In this document: piece by piece, positions 51,627-64,000 of the stretch | Numbering within the stretch: the first letter of the stretch is position 1 | Layout: every line of letters begins with the position of its first letter | Source of the DNA: Callorhinchus milii | Lineage: Eukaryota | NCBI RefSeq assembly: GCF_018977255.1 | Contig: NW_024704743.1 | Coordinates: 69,938,001-70,002,000, forward strand | DNA length: 64,000 bases | Direction: 5' to 3' | Notes under the pieces: generated by a model | What the model saw: the letters and a program-made list of their open reading frames with translations, nothing else | What the model was told of the DNA's origin: nothing | The model's database searches: none | Position numbers and translations under genes: made by a program

Positions 51627-54600
51627 ATAGACCAAAATGGGAAGAGTGGAAAATGCCAGTTGGAAAGTAGGGCTGAAGAATATTGAATAGGTTGTGTGTA
51701 ATGGAAACATGGAAGATTTGAAGACTAGGACAAAGATCTTAAACTCACTCCTCTGGGGAACTGGGAGTCAGTGGAATTTGGAGAATAAATGTGTGGAGAT
51801 TTGTGTCGGACTGCATTTGAGGTGCCAAATTCTCAATTAGGCAAAGCTTCTAGATTGTGGAGCTAGAGAGACCAACAAGTAGATGATTGAAAAATCTATT
51901 TAGGTGACGATAACTTTAGTCATGTCTTTCCCTCAATCTTTTCTTTTCTGCATTGAAAATAAGTTCCATATTGGGAGTCTATTCTTTATCTCTATGTTCT
52001 GTAATCATATTGTTAAAAGTGCAATATGTGATATACAACAGTTGTTGCCCCATGTTTGTTTCTCTTCTCAAGATTGTTTAAAATTCTAATTAAGAGATCT
52101 CAGACATGTATATGATTTAGAATGAGAAACATAATCCCAAAAGAATAATTTCAGATACACCAAGACTGCAGAACAAGTGGGCACAGGTTCTGGGTTTTAC
52201 AGGGCAATTTCAAGATAGACACTAGGAAGGGTTTTTTTTACACAAAGGATAATTGATGACTGGAATAGGTTACAACAATTTACATTTATACAGCACCCGT
52301 CACGCAGTGCAGTGCCTTAGAGCGTTTAAAGCTTAAGGTTACCAGGAAGTTTGGCAGGATGATGGGCTAGTTTAAGACACAGCTTGGTGCTGTAATTGGA
52401 GTACAGTAGAGTGGCTATTCTGAAATCATGAGATCAAATGGGCTGAAGGGCTTTCTTCATTTGAACCTGATCGTTTGATGCAGCCTCATCAGTGATCTCA
52501 AAAAACGTAGCCTGACTTAGAATCAAAGAAGAATCAGAATCCTGTTTTAACTTAGTATCAAATTCTCTTAAGATGTGATCTAGTACATCGTGAAGCTTAT
52601 TGACAACGGCTTCACATGAACTTCAAACCAATACTTTCTCAATTTTTTTTACTGTTAAAAGCTACGGTCTGCAAAAACCTTCCACCAGTCAAAATGCTTT
52701 TGATACCTGACACCTCAAAGTATAGAATTTGCTCAGGAAGCAGGAAAAAAGTGCATCAATTCAGAACGAGATATGAGAAAGTCCACTTGAAATCTGATCA
52801 GGTTTGTGTAATGTACAGTAGGTATTCTATGAGGGGTAGGACTCCTTGTCTCAAACTTTGCTTGAAGTGCCCTGCTCACTGTCCAAATTAAATAACCCAT
52901 CTGGATCGAAATTATATGCTCTGCTCACTTAAAAAACCCAAATTATGGCAATATAATTATGACAGATGATAATTATCACATCACATATTGCCCCCCCAAT
53001 AATCTCCTCTCAAGTCTTCTCTGCAATGAAGAAACTCAGTACCTTGAGTTTCTTCTCATAACTCAGAGCTCCTGTCTGCCTACTTTACCTTTGTCATTCA
53101 TCCCTGAACCTATTGAAAAGTATCTGCATCCTTTTGAAGGCAAGCTGTCCAAAATTACACACAGTGGGGTTCAAAATTCAAACAGGATTCTGTAATTAGA
53201 CATTGCATGTGGGAGCTCCTAGTAATAAGAAGTAAGTCACCCCAAAACTTGGATCTGTGAGAAATGATCTCCAATTACAGATTGCATCAGAGAATCACAT
53301 TTCTTAAGAGCTAAGCTGATTAGAAGCCAAATCAGAAAACATTTCTACAGATAGAAAGCTGTGAGAATATTAAGAGCACTGCTACAGAAAGCTGTGGCTG
53401 CAGAATTAATTCAGTTGTATAAAAGGGAGATCGGTAGATCCTTGGGAAGAAAAGATGTGAAGGGATTTTAGAGAGCAAGTTAGGGAAGCAGTTTTAAAAG
53501 ATCTATGATGTAATAAACTGGTGGAACAGGCTCAGTGTGCCAAATGACCTACTGTTACTTAAACTCCAATTCTCTTATAATATTAATAATTGGGATTTTA
53601 AAATTAATATTAATATTAATCTAACTGCATCCTTCCCATTTATCTGCTTCACCTGCTTTTTTTAAAAGAAAAAAGCCACCGCAAAGAGATTGTACATTCA
53701 TCCTACCTTGACCACTGAGCATTGGGATTTTAAAATCTCTCATTGCAATTTCCTGCAGGCATTCCTACTGTGAAAGCAGCTCTCATTGCCCATTTGTTCT
53801 TCCTCTGGCCGTATTTACCAGTTAGTCATCATTACAAAGGTTGACAGATAATGCTTCTGTCATCACCCCTTCTGCTTTTATATCCACTTATTAAGTGACT
53901 CAGAAAACTCTTGAATTCATACCCATACTTCCATCCCTTCCACTAATGCAAGCCCCTGTCTAAATTTTAATTTCTACAATATTCCATACTCTGTTAGTTA
54001 TGTCTAATACCCACTTTCCACTCATTGCAATGTTCGTGCAATGGAACTTATCAATATTTTTCACTAAATTTGTGTTTCTTTCATAATGTTCCTTGCAGTG
54101 GTATTGCACATTTATGCCACATCTTCTCATACATATTTTTCCTGCATTAATTGTTTTGGTTACTCAAATTATTATCGTCTTCTCCGCCAAATCTAATTTA
54201 AATGACTCCAATGATTCTTTCACGTTTCATGCTAACCATCTGTTTACGAGCAATCCATCCCAGTTCTGTGTGCAGAGTGGGCACCAGGCTCCTTCATTTG
54301 TTAATGAATCTCATTTGTTTGTATGATCAGTAGGAGAAATGTGTTCTTTGAAGTTGCAGAAATAATATTTTAGAAAACAACATTGCAAAGCAGTGACTGA
54401 AGGGCAGTGTTTGCTTGAATGCAGTGCCATACATTATCTGTTCATGTCAGCTATATGTTTCTTCACGCCTAAAAAAAAGTTTTTTAAAAAAAAACTAGTG
54501 TCCAATTATTTTTCTAATTTTCTCCCCAGTGGCATATGCCGCTCTACTCCTGGTCAGGTACCCTCTTTGCTGAGATGCGGTTTCATGGGCACTAGTTGTC

Positions 54601-55339
54601 CGCCAAAGCCCTGCCCAAGTTATCATTGTTGATGTGTGAGCCTTATCAGTGATTATCGGCAGGCCAGTCAGCTAAAGGTCAGAGTAGAGCCTGACCTCTC
54701 CTCACCAGACTGCCAGGGATGGACATTACCAGTAGGGGTCATTAGAAAGACACTGGCTGTTTTTTTAATCTTGCTAACCATGAGAAGGCCTGGGCCAATT
54801 TAATCTACCCACACAACAACAAAATTGCATTTGTATAGCGCCTTTCACATCTGGAGTAACGTCCCAAGGCGTTGGACAGTCAGTGTTTCGGACCCGAGCT
54901 GGGGGTCGGAATTGGGGAGGGTGGAAGGCAGGGGGGGAAGCAGGGTGATCGCCAGCTGACACACACCACCAGGTGACACCAGTAAACTCAGCACTGACAA
55001 TAGAAACAATAATTTCAATTTGCAGGTATTTTTCATCTGATTTCACAGAAGCAAGAACATCTGAATTATTCAATACCCAAATGACAATTACACAGTTGGG
55101 GGAAGCCAGAGGATTTTTGCTGTATTCCGTAATATTTCATAGAACCTTTAAGCCCAATCCTGATTGAGTAGTGTGCTGTAGGCACACTCCTGTGCTAATC
55201 CACCACAGTTGCAAAATGCATGGCAACAGATCTTCAGTCAGAAATAAAATGCCACCAGCTAATATCTCAAACATATGGAACTAGGAGCTTATGCATTCAA
55301 TTCCAGATAGCTTGCATTAGGTGCGCGAGGTTTGTTTGA

Positions 55340-55753
55340 TACAGTTCAAGATCCTGGTTCTCACCTTCAAAGCCCTCCATAGTCTTGCTCCCTCGTACCT
55401 CTGCGACCTCTTAACCCCCTACCATCCTGCCCGCTCGTTCTGCTCAGTGGGCTCCAGCCTGCTTCATGTCCCTTGCCCGCCCCACCATTGGCGGCCAGGC
55501 CTTCTGCCACTCTGCTCCCACCCTCTGGAACTCCATCCCGCAATCCCAACGCCTCGGCCCCTGACTTGTCTTCTTCAAGACCCATCTCAAGACCCTCCTC
55601 TTCAACCGTGCTTTCGATTTCCCTGCTTCAGCCTCTGCCCTCCACCCTCCCTGATCCCAACCCTCAGCTCGGGTCCGAAACACTGATTGTCCAGCGCCTT
55701 GGGACATCCGCCTGACATGAAAGGTGCTATACAAATGTAATTTTGTTGTTGTT
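55340..55753 (+). mobile_element. L2 3' fragment
   Basis: IQFKILVLTFKALHSLAPSYLCDLL; L2 tail. Confidence 0.9.
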
Positions 55754-57610
55754 AAATCAGCTACATAGAAACCATCACCTCAGAAAGGAGAGGGCAAAGA
55801 AACTTTACTTTGCCAGCTCTTGACACACAAGATGTGTTTTCCCACCTCCTCACCAGTCATAGTTGATTCGTGGCATTGACCTGGACTGATACTGTTTTGC
55901 TAAATGTAGCAGTGACTGAAGTAATCATAGTGAAAATGGGCAAGTTTTAAATGAGTCAGTGGAAATTTTGCATCTTTGTTCATTCTACAGTTCACTCGCT
56001 CAGATGTACAACACATTTAAAAAGCCACAAGAAGCTGTTGTTTTACATTAAATAGAATTAAGGCACACCAGATTCCCAGAACTAAGTTCTCTCTCTATTA
56101 CATCTTGCAGTCAAATTGTGAAAGAGCCACATTAGTGAACTGATAGTGATTTAAAATCATTTTTTTGAAAACTATTACCCATCATGATGTTAAGTGAAAA
56201 AGTACCTGATAAGATCCCATATTACCTTTCAGTTGGTTCCTGTACTTACAATGCAATCTCACCAAGTTTTATTTTGCTGTTGTGCTAAACAAGTAGATTG
56301 CCCTTTTACAAAGCTGAAAAAGATTATATGTGTACACAAAGATATAATGTAAACTGGAATGGAGAAATTAATAAATATAAATTTTGGTAAAAAATAATCT
56401 TGGTAAATGTCTGCCATTGTGGGTAATATTTTGGAAATGAATGCACCTGAAAATAAATGCAAATAAATGTTGGGTTTAGAATTGGTTTAACTCCAAGGGA
56501 TCAACAACACATCACATTTCATATGTGTTTGAGGACGAGTACATTTGTATATCCAATCTTAAATTTGCAACTGATACGAAATCCTGAAATATTCTTCCTT
56601 TTAAGGAGTGACTATCATTTGCAAGTTACAAAATTGAATATGTATCTTAATTGCATGTACATAAGATATTTATGCTTAAATTATAATTGTGGCATTGCAA
56701 AGGTAGATATTAAGCCATTATGTATGAACATAATGGTTAGTAATTCTAAATTAGGATACTGAAACATTCCAAACTTGTGGTTTTTCTCAATTCAGAAATA
56801 CCAGCAAGAGTCCTTAAATGGTTAATTTATGAGGCAAAGTCTGACCCTAAACTCTGGTATGTTGCAATGAAGCTCTAAGAGAAAGCAATTCATTTCCATT
56901 CATTTCTGCCAGTAGTGGAATGTGTGTGTGGTGTGGAATCTATGATTTCTTAGCAAAAAATATTTTACGATCTCTTTACCACCAAGGAACTTCCTGGAAT
57001 GTAAAAGAGAATGCCACTAAATTTCCTTAGAGAAGTAACAATGTGAAAATTTTTCACTTTTATTATTAAATGAATTTAAAATCAAGTGTTTTGCTTTAAT
57101 ACAATATTCATATAAAAATATAAGAAGGATAAACTGAAATGACATGTTTGTCAAAATAAAATCTGTTTTCCCAAGTGTTGGTTGTGTCTTACTCTGATGG
57201 GTATATCGAATATACATGCTACGATTTTGGCACTGATTCACTGTCAAATGTGTATTATGGATCAGAGTTGAATGTGAATTGGACTGAAACCTTGGAGACA
57301 ACCTGAAGGCAGTGGTTTCAGAAGCAATTTCATTCATCCATGCTGTAGTATAAACACAATGTGCGTCAATCCAAGTCAACTCTGGCGAGAGGGTCAAAGT
57401 GCTGAGTTTAGGTGAAGCTGGGGAGCAGCATGTGTGACTGCCCCCGCAGTTACTAACAGGCTGATTCCACAGGAGCAGCACAAGCACACTGCAACCCTCT
57501 CCAAGAGTGGAGTGAGTGGGGGGCGGGGGAGATACAAAACTGCATGGTGTATGTCTTCATGTAAACTGCGTTCAATTCCCGGGGAGAGTGAAACCTTAGG
57601 CAAAGTTTCC

Positions 57611-58400
57611 ACAATGGCTTCTTCTCTAGCCCCTGCACCATCTTGTGTGGGGTTCCTCAGGCCTCTGTCCTTGGTCCCCTCCTCTTCAATATCTACATGC
57701 TCCCTCTTGGTGACATCATCCACAGACATGGGGTCAACTTCCACATATATGTGGATGACACCCAGCTCTTATCTCTCGGCCTCCACCCTTGATTCCAGGA
57801 CCACTGCTGTCCTGACAGACTGTCTGTCAGACATCAAGTCCTGGATGAGAGATAACTTTCTACAACTGAATGTCAACAAGACTGAGGCTCTCCTGATCAA
57901 CTTCATTCAGTACATCCACACCTCAGGTGCTGACAGCATCACCATCCAAGGTTGCACACTCCATGTTACTAAGCCAGTCCAGAACCTTGGGGTCTTACTT
58001 AACCCTCAACTGTCCTTTCTGCCCCACATCTGTGCCAGGATCTGCTCTGCCTTCCTCCAACCTGCCCGCTTCCTTTGCTCAGGGGCTCCGGCCTGATTCA
58101 CATCCCCTGCCGCTACACAAATGTAATTTTGTTGTTTCCTTCCACACCTCTGTTTACCTAATAGTATATAGGAACTCGGCTGTAAGTCGATTGGTGAATC
58201 GTTTTCTGGGGGTAAGAAAACAAGACCTTCAAGACCCATCTCAAGACCCTCCTCTTCAACCATGCTTTCAATCACCATGCTTCCCCCTTGCCCTCCACCT
58301 TCCCCAATCCCAACCCCAGCTCGAATCCAAAACTCTGACTGTCCAGCATCTTGGGACATACTCCCGATGTGAAAGGCGCTATACAAAAGTAATTTTGGCA
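57611..58400 (+). mobile_element. Rearranged L2 with embedded SINE pieces
   Basis: [17 protein letters not shown]...YVDDTQLY...DIKSWMRDNFLQLNVNKTE; SINE fragments at about 57570-57610 and 58135-58215. Confidence 0.85.
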
Positions 58401-58404
58401 TTGG

Positions 58405-58761
58405 TGTAATAATCCCTTCAAAAAGAAAGCATCTTATCACGTCTTCAAGATCTCTCAAAGCACTTCACAGAATATACTGTAAAGTGAATTGTATATTTTG
58501 TGGGCGAAACGCGGCAGCCAATTGCGCACAACAGTGTCCCACAAACAGTCGTGGATTGAGTGACCAATTTATTTTTTTGAAGGAATTATTACCCCCGGAA
58601 AAGTGATATGCCAATCGACTAACAACCAGGTTCCTACTTACTGCTAGACAAACTGAGGAGTGTGGAGTAAGGAAATTTGTCCAAGATTTCACCCTGCCGG
58701 GAATCGAACCCAGGTCTCTCAATTGTGAGGCGAGTGCTCTAACCACTGAGCTGCAGGACTC
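58405..58761 (-). mobile_element. SINE, long-form subfamily
   Basis: Reverse head, extra internal segment, core and tail. Confidence 0.88.
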
Positions 58762-58770
58762 TACAATATA

Positions 58771-58995
58771 GGGAGAAATTCCATCTGGGTCTAAATTTAC
58801 TCTATTTATTTAGCACTTTTAAGTGTCAATAATTTGACAAATTCTTCACTTTGAAGTTGACGTTCTGCAATTATTATATGAAGTTACAGAAAAATGGCTT
58901 CAAATGAAAACTGAATTTTAAGAGTTTATCAAAACTGGATGTTCTGAATTGCTATGTAAAAGGAGTAAATTCAGATCCAGGTGGATTCTCTCCCC
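58771..58995. mobile_element. MITE-like element with about 32-bp imperfect TIRs
   Basis: gggagaaattccatctgggtctaaatttactc ... gagtaaattcagatccaggtggattctctccc; related left end at about 62744. Confidence 0.7.
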
Positions 58996-59544
58996 AATAA
59001 TTGTGTGTTTTAGTGTCACTTTTGGGGAAGCATATTTGTCTAAACAAAGTTATATAAAATTATACAGACAGCATTATGCAAACAGCTGAGGGTAAAATGT
59101 TTTCATACATTTTTAATTGATCAAAGACCTTGTGGATTATCGTGAGGTTTAATAATCAAAAAGGAGTGAATTGCTTTCTTGTTCACTAAATATCTTGGCA
59201 GGTCAGATTAAACGTCAGTATAAGATATAGTGCACCATTGTCCATTGTATAATAAAATCCACTGATGCAAAGAGTAGTCACTGTAAGATCAATTAGTTCA
59301 GCTAAATATGAGCTGGGGATCAGCTGTTCATTTCTGCCAAGGGCCTGGTGAACATCATGAATTTATCAGTTATAATAGGGTTATAATGAATTTATCAGTA
59401 TAATATTAGGCTTTCAAAGAAAGTCCATGTAAATTTTGAAATCTTTGTAAGAAAGAGATACGAGAGGAAGCGACAAGAAAGCAAATTATAGTTTGGAACT
59501 ATTTGTGAATTAATTTGTACAGTACAATTGTGTCCTTAGACTTT

Positions 59545-62330
59545 AATGCTCATAATGGGTGATTTCAACCTCCACCTAAATTCCCCTTGCACCACCTACT
59601 CGGATTTCACTGCCCTCCTCCCTAAACCTTACCCTCCATATCAACTCGCACAACCGTGGCCACTCACAACCGTGGCCACTCCCTCAACCTCATCATAACA
59701 CATGACCTTGACATTTACAACCTGTCTATCATGGATAAGGCCATCTTGGACAACTTCCTCATCTCCCTCTCCTCCCACATCCCCTTCCGCTCTTCCAAGC
59801 CCTCCACCATTTTTTCCACCCCTGGAAAAAGCTTCCTCCTGAGTCCCTCACAAATGCCCTCTCTTCCTCGGACCTCCTCTCCCTCTGGCCCTCCACTCAC
59901 AGCAACCCTGATGCAACTGTCATGCTGATGAATGACCCACTCTCCACAACCTTTAATTCCCTGGCTCCCCTGAAATCCAGGGCTGTTTCCAAATCCACCC
60001 ACACCCCGTGGTACAACAGTCATCTCGGCTCACTCAAAACACAAACCTGGATGCTCGATTGCAGATGGCAGAAATCCATCTGCCATCACGATCCCCCGCC
60101 AGCTGTAGCTCGAGCACCTCCTCACCTACCGACTCTTCCTTTCACAGCCCAAACTGACTTTTACTCCAAAGTCATCCTGGAGGCAAACAACAAAAAGACG
60201 CTGTTTTCCACCATTCATCACCTCCTTTGTGCATCTGCTCAAGCCCCATCTATCCTCACATCAAAGGCCAAGTATGAAGAGGTCCTAGACTTCTTTGCCT
60301 CAAAGATTGAAAACATGCGCTTGGCTGCATCGTCCTGCCCCACCATGTCCCATTCCACCCCACCCAGACCATCCACACCGTCTTCTCCTTCCACCACGGC
60401 TCCTACCACTCCCTCATACTTACACTCCTTTGCCTCCATTTCTCCCTCCTCCCTCTCAAACACAATCACCCGCATGAAGTTCACCACCTGCTGACTCGAC
60501 CCCTCTCCACTCAGCTGCTGGTCACTCAACTTCCCCTCCTCTCCCCCTTGCTGGCTGACACGGTCAACCAGTCTCTCTCCTCAGACTCAGTTCCACTCCC
60601 CCTGAAAACCGCTGTCATCACATCCCTCCTCAAAAAACCCACCATCGATCCCTCTAATCTCTCACACTACCATCTCCAACCTACCCTTCCTTGCCAAAGT
60701 CCTGGAACGCATTATTGCAGGCCAACTTCGGTCACATCTCTCCCTCCACTCCCTCCTCGAGCCCCTGCAGTCTGGTTTTTGCCCTGCCCAGAGCACAGAC
60801 ACAGTGCATGTCAAAGTCACAACTGACATTCTCTCTATCTGTGACCAGGGCTCCCTCTGCCTCCTCGACCTCCTGGACCTCTCTGCCGCTCGCATGGTTC
60901 GAGTCCTACTTAACCAACCGTCTCCATTTCACCTCGGCAAGTGGGTTCTCTTCCTGCCCCCGCCCAGTGATCTGCAGGGCTCCATCCTTGGGCCTCTTCT
61001 TTTCCTTATGTATATGCTCTCTCTGCGCAACGTCATCCACAGACACGGGGTAAAATTCCACATTTGTGGAGTCCTGTAGCTCAGTGGTTAGAGCACTCGC
61101 TTTGCAAGCGAGAGACCTGAGTTCAATTCCAGGCAGGGCGAAACCTTGGGCAAGTTTCTTTACTCCACACATCTAATAATAATCCCTCCAAAACCAAAAA
61201 CAATAATAAAAATTGGTCATTTTCAATCTACGACTGTTTGTGGGACATTGCTGTGCGCCATTGGCTGCCGCGTTCGCCCACAAATATACAGTCAATTCAC
61301 TTTACAGTGTGTTCTGTGAAGCGCTTTGGGACGTCCTCCCAACGTGAAAAGCGCTATATCAAATGCAAGGATTATTATTATTATTATTATATATACGGAT
61401 GACACACAAATCTTCTTTATCGCCTCCAGTACCAACTCCAGGTCCGCCGATGTTCTATCAACTTGTCTGGCAGACATCAAGGCCTGGATGAGTATAAACT
61501 TCCTGCAGCTGAATGTGGACAAGACGGAAGCCATACTCCTTGGCTTCCGTCAACGTCTTCACTCTTGCGGATCTAAACTCCTCAACCTCCCTGGGCTCTC
61601 CCTCAGACTCACCAAACCAGTGGCGACCTAGGCGTCCAGTTCAACCCCCAACTGTCCTTCCTCCCCCACATCTGTTCCCTGGCAAAGAACGCCTTCTTCC
61701 ACCTCCGCCACATTACCTGGCTCCGACTATACCCCAAATGCAGCCGAAACCCTCGTGCATGCGTTTGTCACCTCCTGCTTGGATTACTCCAACACACTCC
61801 TTGACAATCTCCCCAGCTCCACTATTCAAAAGATTCAGTTCATTCAGAGCTCTGCTGCCCACACACTGACCCAGACCAAACTCCGCACCCACATCTCATC
61901 AGTTCTGACCCAGGCTCCACTGGCTCCTCAGCGCCGAACAGATTGACTTCAAGATCCTCACACTTGTGTTTAAATCCCTTTAGTCTCTTTCACCTACCTC
62001 TCCGACCTACTCACTTCCCAATCTACCACCCAGTGCCCCCGCTCGACTGGCACCAGCCTCCTGCACATCCCTCGCACCCTCTGCCCCACCATCGGAGTTC
62101 ACCCTTTCAGCCACTACCCCCTGAAACTCTGGAACTCTCTCCCTCAATCCCTCCGCCTTGCCCCTCCTCTCCCCTTTCTCAAGTCCCTATTGAAAACCCT
62201 CTTCGACCATGCTTACAGCCACCTCCCACTGCCCCGGCTCGGAGCCAGGCTCCACAACTGTTAAACGCTTTGAGATGCTACCCTGCATGGAGGGCGCTAT
62301 ATAGGTGCAAGTTGTTGTTGTTGTTTTTGT
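59545..62330 (+). mobile_element. Long degraded L2 (endonuclease end, RT, 3' UTR) split by a SINE
   Basis: IMGDFNLH, HNRGHSLNLII, LKTAVITSLLKKP, QGSILGPLLFLMYM, YTDDTQ, LQLNVDKTE and (GTT)n tail. Confidence 0.9.
61068..61391 (+). mobile_element. Young SINE inserted at the L2 RT YxDD motif
   Basis: Full SINE between ...GVKFHI and YTDDTQ. Confidence 0.92.
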
Positions 62331-63454
62331 TTAACCATTAGTCAATTGTAGAAGAACTGTCTGTAAATTAAACAAATATTAATTTTAACAATCTACTGAT
62401 CTGTGCCATAATACAATAATAATTAATAATCCTTGCATTTGATATAGCATCTTTCGTGTCAGGAGGACTTCTCAAAGCGCTTCACAGGATTTTCTAATTT
62501 GCAGACTAATGATATTTATCTTCAAAAGGAGTCTTCATGTCAAGTAGTGAGAACATCAACTTCCAGTAAGCCACAGTTTATTTGTACATCGGTCGCAACC
62601 TTTCTGTGTAGTCAGAGTGCATTGCCATGAGCTAGCAGGACATGTGTTGAGTGCCAATTGTTATCCCTACAGCTATCAGTTACTTTGAAGCAGTAGAAAT
62701 CTAAGCAGAAGCAAACTAATGGAAATGAGCATAAGACTCTTTATGGGAGAAATTCCACCTGGGACTAGATTTAGTCTATTTATGTAACATTTCAGAGGGT
62801 TCAGAATTTGGCAAATACGGCCTTAGTTTTGAAGCTAATTTTCTGTACATTTCTTTTAAGAAATACAGTAAAAAGCACCTTCAAAGTTAAGGCTGAATTC
62901 AACGTTTTGCCAAACGAACAAACTTGTAAAGTCACTGGGCTTTCCAAGCACCAACAGCAGACATCTTGGGAGCTGTAAAAATTATCCTGCTGCATTAAGG
63001 ATGTAATTGTGCCAGACATGTATGTCAACAGCAACCAAGCTAATGCTGCACAGATAGATCCCAGAGACTTCTCTGCTTAGTTGCTTCCAAAAAGTTCTGC
63101 AATTTACAGCCACAGAACTTCTACTTGACATTCCTGTTTATTTTATGCTGTGCTGCATATTCTTGGTTTGCTTTTGCATAACTGACTATTTTAAACAAAA
63201 CTAAAAAAAATTTTCAACAAAATATATATTTATTTGTAAATAGAATATATATTTACACTCATCTCAAAGAAACAATTCCCGCAACAGAAAGAAAAACGCA
63301 ACTCATTATTATCTCTCTAAAGGACGCAATTGACGCGGCTTCTTGCAGCGAGAGATTGCCTCTGCGCACTTTAGTTTGGTAGAGGTATCAAGGCACCCCC
63401 ACCTCGGTGTTCTGCCGCACTTTGCAGGGCGCAGTTACAAGGTGGATCAAGGTG

Positions 63455-63925
63455 GCTCTGCTGCCCGCATACTGACCCAGACCAAACTCCGTACCCACAT
63501 CTTGCCAGTTCTGGCCAGGCTCCACTGGCTCCCCATCACTGAATGGATCGACTTCAAGATCCTCACACTCGTGTTTAAATCCATTCACTACCTGGCACCT
63601 CCCTATCTCTTCGATCTCCTCACACCCCACTCCACCAACCAGCACCTCCACTCGACTGGCACCGACCTCATGCTCATCCCTGGAACTCCCTGGTCCACCA
63701 TCAGAAGTCATGGTTTCTGCAACAATCTCCCTCAATCCTTCCGCCTTGCCACCTCTCTCCCCTCTTTCAAGTGCCGCCTGAAAACTTTCCTCTTCAACCG
63801 TGCTTATGGTCACCTCCCTCCTCCCCCCACCCAGCTCGGAGTCAGGCTCCACCACTGTTGAGTGCTCTGAGACCCTACCCTGCGTGGAGGGTGCTAAATA
63901 AATTCAAGTCATTGTTGTTGTACCC
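63455..63925 (+). mobile_element. L2 3' fragment
   Basis: SAARILTQTK...LHWLPITEWIDFKILTLVFKSIHYLAPPYL. Confidence 0.88.
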
Positions 63926-64000
63926 CTCCCCACCCTGCACAACCAAAAGAATGGGATACTGCAAAGCACATGCTTTAAAGTGAACATCTATTGTACCTGC

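Noticed and set aside
54520..54810. Possible ancient SINE of another family
   Set aside because: Resemblance from memory only; I could not confirm family, strand or ends from the sequence
57434..58096. 220-aa ORF
   Set aside because: Chance fusion of unique DNA, a SINE fragment and L2 RT frames

Overview
Repeat-dense vertebrate genomic DNA, not prokaryotic. The repeat set (tRNA-headed Deu-type SINEs with L2-like tails, young L2 LINEs, CR1 LINEs) suggests a cartilaginous fish, probably a chimaera such as Callorhinchus; this is an inference. The window holds the last four coding exons of one plus-strand gene (1091-1291, 27490-27565, 43340-43449, 48816-49049). They splice in frame through GT-AG sites into a 206-aa C-terminal segment that I cannot name, followed by an AT-rich probable 3' UTR. 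Nearly all other ORFs in the track are LINE or SINE debris. Introns and downstream DNA contain many SINEs, L2 and CR1 fragments, hAT, pogo-like and MITE relics and a probable Helitron relic. The most notable structures are several long inverted repeats, two of which bracket coding exon 43340-43449, and a covarying 3' stem-loop shared by the SINE and L2 families. I see no convincing wholly new system. Repeat boundaries were read by eye and are approximate.
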